A stretch of 63,965 nucleotides of DNA, counting the filler, from Folioceros fuciformis (taxonomy: Eukaryota): the NCBI GenBank assembly GCA_049999805.1. It is 7 parts of 7 records of this genome, joined end to end, with 100 filler letters (N's around TTAATTAATTAA, not from the genome) between each part and the next. Parts side by side here need not be neighbours in the genome. Positions count along the whole stretch, not along the records: positions 8,316 to 19,977 come from JBNGIO010000895.1; positions 20,078 to 30,481 come from JBNGIO010000896.1; 5 more parts are not named here. One strand, 5' to 3'. Both the position numbers and the translations under genes were made by a program. The notes beneath the pieces were generated by a model that had not been told where the DNA came from, did no database searches, and was given only the letters and a program-made list of their open reading frames with translations. Within the stretch, counting starts at the first letter, position 1. Every line of letters starts with the position of its first letter. Shown piece after piece: positions 12,201 through 23,937 of this stretch.

Positions 12201-14130
12201 CAACATCACGTATGGCACTTGCATCATTCGCAAACATTGCTTGCATTTAGCTCTGGAATGGATGCATCCAAAGTGAACATCCGTCCATTCCTACTACCTT
12301 TAGCAATCAGTTTGCGCCCTCTGTCATATTCTTCAATAAAGCATCCATCTTTATTGAATCGAACCTGCAGATTTTGTTTAGCCATCTGTCCAACAGACAA
12401 CAGGTTCTTGGTAATGGTTGGAACATGCAACACATCATGCAGACTCTTCTGCTGACCATTCGGCATCCTAAGAGGAACAATTCCTCTGTGCTTTATGTCA
12501 TGTTGTGTGTCATCTCCTGTACAGACATGGCCATGGGGACTTGCATCCATCTTGTTAAACCACTCGCCATGCGGAGTCATGTGGTTTGATGCTCCTGAAT
12601 CAATGTATCATCTCTCATCATTCTGCCCATCCTGTTGAGAAACATGTTGCATGGCGAACAACCTCTCTTGGTCATTTCCAGCATTACTAGAGGAGGCATA
12701 GTTCCCATGCTGCCTTCCTTTTCCTCTCATGTCTGCTTGCTGCTTATAGCAGTCCTTAGCAATATGACCAACCTTACCATAGTAGTAACACTCCTTGTCT
12801 CTATTGGAATGGTCATGAGATTGAAAAGAACCATCTATTCCTCTTGTGGCTCTACCTGCGCCTCTAAAACTTCCAGATTCTCTCTGGTCTTGCGCATTCC
12901 TCCACGCCAATTGTCTTGCTGATTTTGCGTGTTCCGAGCATCACCCCGTCCTCGGAATGAACCACGACCTATGTGGCCTCTCCCACGCTGGTTAGAAAAC
13001 AAAACCGTGTCTCTCCCTTGAGATATACCTGAACCTGTGTTCAGACCAAGCTTAACTTCCTCATGCAGCAACAAAGCAACCAATTCATCCCAACTTGGGA
13101 ACTCAACTCTCACAGAGATTGATGTGTCCCAGGACTTGTACTCCTTGCCAAGTCCGTTCAAAGTAATTGCAACCATGTCATCTTCCGTCACACTTGCACC
13201 GATTGTAGCAAGCTGATCAGCTATGGTCTTCACCTCTGTTGTATACACGAGTATGGATCTGCTACCTCGTGACAAGTTGTTGAACTGCTTCAACTGGATT
13301 TTCCTAGCATGTGTGACATTTCCATAGTTCCTCATGAGTATGTCCCATGCATCCTTCGAAGACTCACATCTCGTGATCTGTATGACCATAGCATCTAAAA
13401 TGCTTAAGGAGAGCCAGTGTAACACTTTACATGCTCTCTCAGTCCAATGCTTGTGAGCAATCTTTTGCTCCTATAATGGAGTACGATCCATCTCTCGTGC
13501 ACTCTCATCACCTGTGTAGATGTCCCAATAGCCTCTACCTACCAAGAAGTTCTTCATCCTGAACTTCCACAAAGCAAAATTCTTGTTATCCAACTTCTCT
13601 CCCACGACCTGAGAGATATTGTCTGATCCTTGCACATTAGCCATGATTTAGGCTCCTTTACACTCCTCCTGAGTCTCTCTCCCTCTCGCGCCTCTCGCGC
13701 GCTCTTGCGCCTGTAGCGCCTGTTGCGGCTTCCTACGCCGCCTACGCTGCTGCACCTCCTGTGCCTCTCAATGTCTTGTGTTGCCAGCCACCTTCACGCT
13801 CACGGCAATAGCCTCAAACCCCCGCCATAGCTGCAATGGCTGCCGGCGCTCTCTCCCGCTCTGATACCATGTTGAAATAGCACCACAAGCCTAGAAGGAC
13901 TCCACAGTTCCTTACTTATGGTGCATAGGATGCTACATATATAGCCTTCATGCAGGGCAACCCTCGATAAGGTAAGCCTTAGTCTCTAGGGTGCAATATC
14001 CTAGCATATCCTGATATATCCTGATAACACTTAGGTGATAGATAACTATGAGTTCAATATGGGATAATCTACACTATCCTAAGTCTTGTATGCTCTTAAT
14101 AACAATTCAGTTAAAGCTTGATTTCTAACA
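9290..14130 (-). mobile_element. Full-length degenerate Ty1/Copia LTR retrotransposon (element A)
   Basis: Two 261-bp LTRs (9290-9550, 13870-14130; 15 mismatches by manual count). 5-bp TSD GGACT (9285-9289 / 14131-14135). tRNA-iMet PBS TGGTATCAGAGC at 13858-13869. Gag/zinc knuckle, protease, integrase (TPQQNGVAERKNR), RT (MDVKNAFL, YVDD) and RNase H (ADVFTK) between 13644 and 9564, with stops and frameshifts. Confidence 0.96.
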
Positions 14131-14439
14131 GGACTGCCTCCGAATAACAAGGGGTTAATCCCCATACCCGGACACAATAGATGAAGCATCCATTTCGAGT
14201 CCTCACTTGCAGATGGTAGGCCCTGGTCCCTCCTATTCCCGCACGCACATGGATAGTAAGGTTAAGTACATGATCTCCATTTACATAGAGACCAGGAATA
14301 TAAGACTCCTCATCCATGTGCTTTAATACAATTTCGCCTCCTGCTGTAGATGAGGTGCTTACCACCTCCTCTCGTGGGCTACCCCTGACTGTCTGCTCTC
14401 TGTCCACCAAGGATGTTGGACCTTGCGGTTTGGCCCTAA

Positions 14440-17400
14440 AAAGAAAGGTCTGTCAAGTTCTAGGAATGTAATAGATCGAGCTAACACCACTCGTCATTCC
14501 TCAGGATGATATAATTTGTAAGCCTTAGACTGTTCACTGTACCCAATGAAGATGAGTGCTTGGGCTCTTGGATCCAGCTTCTTTCTCTTCTCCTCTGGGA
14601 TAAGAGCAAAAGCACGGGAACCGAAGACGCGCAAGTGCATCAAACTATGTTTCCATTTCCAGTAAGCCTCATATGGAGTCTTCAAAAGGACTGAACTGGT
14701 GAAGAGTCTGTTCAAAATGTAGATTGCAGCAACAATGGCCTCAGCCCGGTATTCTTGAGACAAGTTTGCCCACAATAGCATGCTCGTGGTCATGGCCAAT
14801 AAGGTCTGATTTTTCCTTTTTGCCACGCCATTCTGTTGTGGAGTATACGGAATTGTAAGCTGGCGTTGGATCCCCCTCTCTTGTAGGAAATTATCAAACG
14901 TCGTGTTTACAAACTCTGTTCCATTGTCAGTCCGAAGGTATTTAACAGACTGACCTGTCTGCCTTTCCGTAGTCAACAGCCAATCATGGAAGAGCTCAAA
15001 AGTATCACTTTTCAGGTGCATCAGGAATGTCCAAGTGTATCGAGAATAATCATCAGTGATGCAAAGGTAATAGATAAAACCGCTTAGAGACAATACATGT
15101 ATTTTGCCTGAGATATCTGCATGCACTAACTTGAGGACGACAAAAGCTCTGTAGGATGTTGAGACTGGAAAAGGATGGGCTTTCTGCTTGGGGACAATGC
15201 AACCTTCATAAGAAGGTAAATGTTTGAAAACCTAAGGCAATGGTTCGAGGTGACATTCTTGTAGTGACATGTCTACTAGCTTTCTCTGACCAAGCCGTGC
15301 ATGCCATAGGATAGCAAGACGTTGGGACTTTGTAGAGACAAGACTAGCCTAGTGTCCAAGGGTACAAATGTTCAATCTGTAAAGATCGTGGTCTAGTGTG
15401 CCCTTGAATGCTAGCATAGAAAGCTCTAGCCTCTTGTAGAAGGGACAATTATCCTTTTTGGCTAAGTTGCATCAATTTGCTGAGGGAGACCGGATTCTTA
15501 GCCATTGACGGCACAAAAAGGATGTCATCCAAGGTAAGAATTGATCCATCATGTAGAGTAAACTTGCACGTGCCACTGCCAAGGATCTGGAGACTGGATT
15601 GGTTTTGTTCGTCTCCCAATAGCACTCTTTCAGCTATTCTGTTCTTCTGAAGCAAGTAAAATTGTTCTTTACGTTTGCAGATGTTTGAAGTGGCACCAGA
15701 ATCGAAGTACCAACCATCCTCATCACATATGGAGCGAGGAAGACAGACTGTAAGTATCTTCACTATTGGCTTGGTGTCACCTGATGTCTTCTCCTTAATT
15801 GCAATAGTTGCAGAACCTTTAGGAGTCCAATTAGGTTCCCCTGCCTTTTTCTTCTTACATTCCCTGGCTTAATGTCTAGGTATACCACACCAATTGCAGC
15901 TTCCTGGACGCTTAGATGAACCAGCGGAATCTGAATTTTGGCTAGGTTTACCTCCAGCTTTGCCTTTTCCTTTGAATGGTTTTTGACCTGCCACTAATGC
16001 CTTCTATGTTTTACTCTTAGGAGTACCCGAAGAAAACATTCTGCTATGTTCTTCCTGATACAAGGCACCTATCACCTCTTCCAAGGTGATGTTTCCAGTG
16101 CCTCCAGCAGCTACAGCAGCATTGGCAGCTCTCAAAGGGTCATTCTGACTTGTGATAAAAGACAGATATGATGGAGGGAGACTTGCAAGAAGTTCAGCTA
16201 CAACATCGACCTCTTCCATCTTTGTTCCTGATAGAGAAGCCATCTATACTCTAAGGTGACGGAATTTACTTGTGAATGCTGCCACCTTATCCCCCTCTTT
16301 CATTTTCAAAGCATAGAACTCATGCTTTACACCAACAAGGGTTAGAACATTGGTAACTTTGTATGATTTCTCTAGCTGTGTCCAGATATCAGAGGCCTTA
16401 TCAAGGAACTCCACCTCAAGCACGAGGTCAGCATGTAGTCCTTCAATCAAGAGGGATATTGCAATACTATTCTGTTCGTCCCATTGAACAATCTGATCTA
16501 CAGACGGTGGTGGAGTTGCATTTGGATTTGGTTTTGGAATAGTTCCATCGATTATCTTCCACACATGTCGGGCTAACAAAGTTGACTTCATTCAGATATG
16601 CCATACGACATATTGTGTGCTGCTGGACCGATCTTTTTCTTTCAACTCTGCCGTGTACGTGGGTTTTGTGACAATTGTGGCCATGACAGCAGGCGGATTC
16701 TGGTTTTGAATCAGGGTAGTCATTAACTGTTTGAGACTAAGTGCTTGAACTAATTATAAGCTACTTAAAGCATCTATAGGCAAGCTAGACACTGCAGACA
16801 TATAAGACTAACAAGGTAAGCAGAGCTATGGCTCTAGCGACACAGGTCAGTCTAAAAATATGCCCTTTGATCCTACACTCTCTTAATTATGTGCATAGAT
16901 TAGTGTCTGACGTAATGTGTAAAAGAGGAATGCTGACTCAGGGATGCACGGACAGAATACACATTTGTAGCTATGTGAGTCTGTTTATGCTCATTGAGTG
17001 GTTCTCCTTCCAATACTCAAACAGGTTAGCAATTCAGAAAATTGAGCGCTGACAACCTCCTGGATTTGGAGATCTTGGTGGCGCATCCTTGATTTGGTGT
17101 GCTCTAATCGTGGCTGTCATCTCAACTATGCTCCAAAGGTGATTCTTGATTTTAATATCTCGTAGATGAATTGCCCTGAGAAAACGCTGATATTTCTCTT
17201 CAAATAGAAGCCTAAGATGCCTCTGTGTTTCGAGAAGCTGATCAACTTGTGCTTGGATTTGAGTAGGTGAGGAAGTAGAGGGGTCAGATCTAGGTACGTA
17301 GACTAGATCAGGGTTTTGTCCTCTTCTTTCACAACGTTCTCTATTCAGCCCATCCACCTCCTGATTTTTTCTTGATCTAGGACATGAATTGCCTTGTGCT

Positions 17401-17814
17401 GCAAAACGCTTTAGCTAGAGGGTTGGGTAATCATGCTCATAGAGATATAACAGTGTAGCTATTGGTACACTAGCCTGTTGTCGGGATGATGCACCTCTTG
17501 TAGTTTAGTGTATAGGAGGTCCCTGAAGAAACCATCTTCTACGTGAGCCACCCTACCTCGGCATTTTCTAGCAATGTCAGCAAAGTGTAGAGCATTTCTG
17601 CTCTGATACCATGTAGATTATCGGAGCACGATCATTTGACAAAAGTGAGAAGGCTTAGACACAACACACACTTGCGTAGCCAAAACAATGAATAATGAAA
17701 TTAATTAAAAAGTATCATGTGTGTCCATTAAATACCAGATTACCCTAATATGTCAAACAATATATATATCTAAGTTAACTAGGTTAAGCCCATAAATAGC
17801 TTAACCCTTTAACA
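14440..17814 (-). mobile_element. 3'-truncated Ty1/Copia element (element B): 5' LTR, PBS, long leader, gag-PR-IN
   Basis: LTR-like segment ~17612-17814, PBS TGGTATCAGAGC at 17600-17611, gag ATG at 16684, protease WYFDSGAT, integrase TPQQNGVA. No RT or 3' LTR found. Confidence 0.88.
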
Positions 17815-18002
17815 AAGGGGGTGGCAAGCCTCAGTCGATGAATCAAAATCCATCATAGTGGTGTGAACAAGTTTCGTGCCTACAGATTATATGTGCAAAG
17901 GCACAACATCTGGTTGAAGGATATGTGTGAGCTTCTGAAGGGAAAGGCGAAGGAAATGCCAACAGTATTTCATACCTCACGCTCGCTTATCAAACCGGCA
18001 CT

Positions 18003-18080
18003 TGCCATAATTGGGGCCAGGGTGGGGTGTGGGCGCCAACCAGCCGGTGCCCACACCTCACCCTGGCCCAGATTATGGCA
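18003..18080. repeat. ~35-bp inverted repeat (hairpin) with 8-nt loop
   Basis: tgccataattggggccagggtggggtgtgggcgcc pairs with ggtgcccacacctcaccctggcccagattatggca, with few mismatches. Confidence 0.9.
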
Positions 18081-18210
18081 TGCGCCGCGACATCACATCG
18101 AGCATAGCGTGTTGTACATTGTGCTGTGTAGCCAACCTTGAAGAGTCCGTGTGTGCAACTGTGAAAGGGAAGACTACAATGGTGGAACATTTCACACATG
18201 CGGTAACCCC

Positions 18211-19977
18211 CTTGTCAGGATTTAGAACAACTTGACACAAATCATTCCCTTGGGATCAAGTCCTAGGACTACAACGACATAAAGCGTGAATGTTGACCTC
18301 CTTGTGTCCCTAGACACGAAATACCACTCCACAAAGACCTAGGAGACCTAGAAGGTCAAGGCGAAGAGCTTGCTAAGACTAACCACGGGGTGGTGGAGCA
18401 TGCTGGAAACGGAGACAGAAGCATTGTGAAGGAGAAGGTTCAAGCCAAAGGTAGTGTCGGAGGCCCCTTTCGATTACAAAAGAAGGGGCTTTATACAGAC
18501 TTCGAATCGAATGTCTGGACAACTGCCATTAAGGGCAGGCAGGTCCTACAACTCAATAAAGGCCTGATAGTCTGATGTTGTCAATTGCTAGATGCCATCC
18601 AGCGAAGCTACCTTAATGAGAAGGTAGCGGAATAGAGGGGGCGAGAATGGAGGAGGCCAATAATGGGGCAGGAGTCATCGATGAGGTGGGTCCCGGGGAA
18701 GATTCACCTCCTCCTGTCCCGATGGGCAAAGCAGTGGAGCTGTCTCATCACAAGATAATTAGAAGTGGAGTATTAGTGTCGAGGGAGGGATGACCTCGTA
18801 TCGAGACCCCTAGACTGGTAGGGGCCGATTGAGGGACTTGAAGAGGGTGTCGATGGAGCTTCTTTACCCATTATTTCCCCCACAGTTTCTCGTAGGACTC
18901 GAAGGACTTTAATGTGGAAGAAAGCGTAGCTGTCGTTCAGCTATTGGATGGCATCGCTCACCATTCTGCGGAGTGTTTGGTACTCCGGCCGCCACTGGAC
19001 CTTAGGAAGGTCGGTGTGTTGGGCCGTAGCCACCTTGATGAACCTCTAGAGTTCATCTAAGGCTGCCGACATGGTCGTCATTTCTTCCGTGAGGCGTAGG
19101 TTGATGACTGCATCCGCTTGGGCCCGGAGGAGGCCAACCTCAGTGTTGACATTCCGCGATTCATACTCTGTTAGCTTGGCCCACAGTTCTTTGCTCTCGG
19201 TCTGAAGGTTCTCCATGCGGTCCACTAGCCTTTTTCAATCTCCTTCCCATAATTGTTTGTAACTCTGCATGTTTTTGCGCAGGAGCCTGAGCTCCGTTTG
19301 TAGAGTCCGGACCTCATGCTGGGCCGTCTTCTCTTCAGCCTATACACTCTAGAGCTTACCTTGTAGCTCCTCCACTTGTTGGATCGCGTGAGTTCCTTCT
19401 CCGCTTCTAGGGCCCGATTACGCTCCCTCTAATAGCGATCTCGGTCTGTGGTGTGTTTTTTTTGGCCTCCTAGATTTCCGTCTACCATTTCAGCTAGACA
19501 TGCCATTCCTTCGCATGTGTAGCTTCCATGGCAAGGCTCTTGTGTTTTCACAGCTGGGTGTACTATGGCCTTGACTCCTTGAGCTGTCTTCCCAAGATTC
19601 CTAACTGCTCCGCGCTCTTGCTCTTCAGCTCCCTAAGCCCTCTCATGCGGCAGTCGCATTCCTCTCGGAGTTTGCCGAACACCTCTTGGAGTTCGATCGT
19701 AAGACAGACTGCCTATTCTTTGAGTGCAGTTAACTGAACTGCCAATTCAGTCATCCGTCTCTGGAGAGCGACGTTCTTGCGCTCTTTGGTAGCTACCTGC
19801 AGGAAGGTCCAGGCCAGTCCTTCAGCTACAGCTATCATGATTCCTTGTGCAGCCAGCGTCACTGCTTCTACGATGGCCCCAAAGTGAAATCGGTAATTGG
19901 GAGGCAACTGGGCCCTCTCGAAGGACATCTGAACGGCTCGTTACATGGGGCTGGAGCTAAGAAGTCCTCGGGCTTCG
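18211..19977 (-). mobile_element. Probable retroelement fragment with a degenerate coiled-coil ORF
   Basis: Begins TGTCA. Long Leu/Glu/Gln-rich coiled-coil reading frame with many TAG/TGA stops (19713-19928 and downstream). No catalytic domain recognised. Confidence 0.4.
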
Positions 19978-20077
19978 NNNNNNNNNNNNNNNNNNNNNNN
20001 NNNNNNNNNNNNNNNNNNNNNTTAATTAATTAANNNNNNNNNNNNNNNNNNNNNNNNNNNNNNNNNNNNNNNNNNNN

Positions 20078-20605
20078 CCTTCCCAATGACAATTAACATG
20101 AAGTCCAATGTGGTGAAGTAAGTGGCCTTCCCAATGACAATCAAGATGAAGTCCAATATGGTGAAGTAAGTGGCCTTCCCGATTGCATCAAAAATCTCAT
20201 CAAGTGTGGGCATCGAATATCTCTCCATGGGCGTCACTTCATTTAGAACTCTATAATCCCCACACATGCACCTGTCCTTCCACTCCCCATTCTCATCCTT
20301 CTTCATGGGTAGCAATGTGGCAGTAGCATACTGAGATGTGGACTTCCTTATTAGGCCGGCTGCTGCCAATTCCTTGCACCTTTGATCCACAATCTCTCAC
20401 TCTGTGGGACTTAGTTGAAGTCTCCGCCTAAGCACAAGTTCATCCATGCTAGTTATGATCTTGAACTTGATCCAATCATACCTGCCCAGTTCTTCCCAAT
20501 TGAAGCAAATGCATGTCGATTATCCTCCAGCATCACACGGATCTTCTGTTGGTCTTCTTCCTTCACCTCCTGACATACTTGTCAGACATGTCCTACCAAA
20601 ACGCC
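20078..20605 (-). mobile_element. Ty3/Gypsy pre-RT linker and reverse transcriptase N-terminal fragment
   Basis: EELGRY...LSPTE.EIVDQRCKELAAAGLIRKSTSQYA...KKDENGEWKDRCMCGDYR.LN...YSMPTLDEIFDAIGKATYFTILD. Confidence 0.9.
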
Positions 20606-21378
20606 ATAAAGTTGCAAGGGGGGGGAATGTTGTGCCCTCCTTGTAAGGGGGCAGACCTTTTTGACGAAAATGACACCCTTCACAAAAGGGTAAAAATTGG
20701 TGGTAAGTACTTTGTGCCAACCTTGCGCTATACCTTGTCCTAGCCACAAACCCGCTTTTTTAAACATACAAGGTGTAGGCCCCCGGTTTGCGTTTGCTAT
20801 CCATGCTATGTCTAGAACACCACAATGACAGGGGCACCGGCCTGCCGGCATCCCTCCACTCACGTGGACCATACGTCACATGCATGCTTGGCACACGGGC
20901 TGCATGAAAGTGTTCTATTTACGTTCTGAAAGGTGGGTAGTCAAACATTTGGAACAGAATTATCACAACAATTAACAATAAAGTCTTTCACCCTAATCCT
21001 ACCCTAGTCCACAAGAGGGTCTGGTGCAACCTCAAAGTCAAATACCACAACCACACTCTGCAACCACGCTTCGTTGGTGACAAAAAAGTTGTCCACTTTT
21101 TCCAAAGCTTTGTCCTCCACTCGTGAATCTTCAAGGTCATCGTGGTCCGATGTGGGTGCTTCCCATACCCTATCCATCGTTTGTTGTCTTGGGTCCAACA
21201 CATCGTTTGTTTTCCTACTCCTCCGCTTTGACGTCAAGGAAACCACTTGCGCCTGGGAGGAGTCCTTCTAGCTAATACAAACCTCCTTTGCCCAGAATTG
21301 GGATGGCCCTCGTTGATGAGGTTCGAACGTCAACTCTTCATCTGCATCTTGAAGCACCTCATCATACCCTTGGATTCA

Positions 21379-21545
21379 CTAGGGGATGTACGTTGCGCAT
21401 TGCTTATCTCCTTCAATGGCTAGGCAGTTCCGCCGAGACAGCAATGTAGTCCCGTTGCCTGAACAAGCATCAACGATCCACTCTCCCTCTCTACTGAAGC
21501 TACAAACCAACCTATCCATCAACCCTTGTAGGCAAGCGGGTGTGG
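21379..21545 (-). pseudogene. N4/N6 (amino) DNA methyltransferase C-terminal fragment (motif X-I-II region)
   Basis: LMDRLVCSFSREGEWIVDACSGNGTTL..RNCLAIEGD matches the N6_N4_Mtase pattern L..LI...S..G..VLDxFxGSGTT...gR..i.iE.d. It resembles the copy at 27716-27900. Confidence 0.7.
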
Positions 21546-22519
21546 TATCCCTACCAGGCACCTGCTTACATGTATCGTGGCCACATCAATCCCACGGTCG
21601 TTGTAGGCTTCCTTGGAATCGCTCCCCTATGAGCCTGGTCAGCTACGTCTATTGTTCCCCTACAATAGTCAACCCTCCCAACCACGTACCTGCCAAACTG
21701 GCAACACGTCCAGTCAGTAGGTAGGCACCATTCCTTCACTTGGAAGGGCCCCAGTACCTCCCCCTGCACTCATAACCTTTTCCTCACAAGACTCCCTACG
21801 ACACCTTTCTCAACCCCACAATCTAGCTGCTCGTCTCCCTACGCCCAACGAGCAACAAGTTTTCCTCTGAGCCTGCTCAGCTCCCTCCAACTGTGTTTAT
21901 CGTTCACCTATGACATTCAACCTTCCCTAGCGCATACCTTCAACACCTCCAGTCAGTAGGAAGGCACCATTCCTTCACTTAGAAAGGCCCTAGTACCTCT
22001 TCCTACTGATTTCTAACTACCTACACCGAATACCCCTTTTCCTCACAAGTCTCCTTACAACACCTTCCACAACGATCCAACTGCTCGTCTCCCCACGTTC
22101 AACGACCAACAAGTTTTTCCTTGGGCCGGTTGCTACGTGCTTGTGCATGTTAGCGAGAACTTCAAGGGAGTCTTTCTCTAGAGTCTACCCTCAAGCCAAC
22201 AGTCACACATGTATTGCCACCCACCTACAGCAGCACAACAACCATTCACAAGGGAAGCAACTTGCAGGGGTGCCCATGGAAGAATATGAGCCCTCCGCCA
22301 AGCACTTCGACCACTGCAGAAGGGAGGCAGATTCTGAAGGTTCAGCTACTGGGCCCCCCTCCATTATTGGGATTTGTCTACTTTGGATCCACGAACTTCC
22401 ACCGTACCTTCCTCTGTGTGGATCTCTTGGGATATCCCGTGACTACCACGTACAGGTTTGGTAGGGAAGGATCCACTTGTTCTTCAACTTGAGGTTCCTT
22501 CCCTACGTAGGGTGAGGAT

Positions 22520-22655
22520 GTCCCCTTCGTAGGTAGGGTCCTTGTTGCTCCCTTCGTAGGTGGGTTCCCTACCCCTCTTCTCATAGGTAGGTTCCTTACA
22601 CCTCCTCTTGTAGGTAGGTTCCTTACCCCTCCTCTCGTAGGTAGGTTCCCTACCG
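22520..22655 (-). repeat. 27-bp tandem repeat encoding (K/R)EPTYxxRG-like units, ~5 copies
   Basis: REPTYERRG KEPTYKRRC KEPTYEKRG REPTYEGSN KDPTYEG in ORF 22484-22666. Confidence 0.8.
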
Positions 22656-23175
22656 TTCCCACCCATTGTTGTAGGTAGACTGCCTACCCCATTGCCATAG
22701 GTAGGGTGTCTACCATATAAGTACCTTCCCTACCTATGTAGGTATCTTCTATTTTCCCCACATAGGTACTCTCTCTACGTATGTAGGTAGACATCCTACT
22801 ACGTAGGTATCTTCTTATTCTAACCAACCAAAATAGAACTAAAAAAATCCATAAAAACCTTCACCAGTTGCTCACTACCTACCATGGACACTTGCCCATA
22901 AACCTACCTTCCACATGTCTCCCTTCGAAATGTTCTAAACAAAAAGAAACCAAGTTAGACTTTCCTAGACTGATTACCAAACTTTTCCGTTCCACAACCC
23001 TAGTGGTCACTGAGATGGGCAAACCACCCTTTTGTAATCGAAGAGGTACACATATTTCTTCACCATCATATCATGCGCAATGATAGATTTGCCATTGTTG
23101 AAGATTCATTGTTGTTGCCTTGGCATCATTGACGTTCAAACTTTGTTAATTCCCTCCTTCACACCCCATCCAACA

Positions 23176-23937
23176 GTGGAAAGCTCACAAGGGTGGGCAA
23201 GGTCTTGCGAGGTTGACCGGGTGTATCAGTGGGATGCGAGGGTGGTCGCTCAATAGCAAGCACGGGTCTGGGCTCATAGTTTGCGTCCAATACACCTTGT
23301 AGCTGCAAGGTGGGATTCCGCTTCATGTTGCGAAGAGCAAGCTCCAAGACTGAACCAAGGATGAGGTTGGTCTAGTAGTTGCGTAGCCTATGCGCATAGC
23401 TGCCCACTTGGACAGCATCGATAAGAAAGGGAACACCAATATGGTGCTGCACAACGGCCATGTCCTCACAGACATAGTCCCTTTTGTCAAGCTGCACTAG
23501 GGTGTTCTCGAGAAGGTAGTCACCCTGTGGGTTCTCCTGCTGCACCCATGCCAAGATTTGGTGCAAGTCTAGGAACAGCCCAATGTGCTGGTCCTCCAAC
23601 CCGGCATTGCTTGTGAGAACCCTTGGCAATCCCAACCAGCAATCAGCATGTCGATGGGTCCCAAAGCCTGGATATGGCCTTGTTGGATGTACCTGACATC
23701 TAGAGGCAATGCTGCAAATGTGGCAGACAATGCTGACTCTGGCAATTGTGTGGGAAATCTGCTGCGGAGCTCCTGTAAACGATGAGTAGCCATCTATTGT
23801 GCTTCCCCACTACTGTCATAGTATATATAATGCAGAATGGGGAGGCCCGCTTTGAGCAAGGCCTCCATGCCAGTGCAAATACCTCTGAACAGTTCGACCA
23901 GAAAGAGGCCTGCACTTGGGATGGGCCAGGCAATCAC
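23176..23937 (-). pseudogene. C5-cytosine DNA methyltransferase domain inside a Gypsy pol polyprotein (degenerate)
   Basis: Motif I LVELFRGICTG, motif IV DMLIAGWDCQGFS, motif VI YLLENT and motif VIII GSYAHRLRNY*TNL occur in canonical order, followed by a PTLVSF segment. In frame with the upstream protease-linker ORF across one TAG. Confidence 0.88.
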
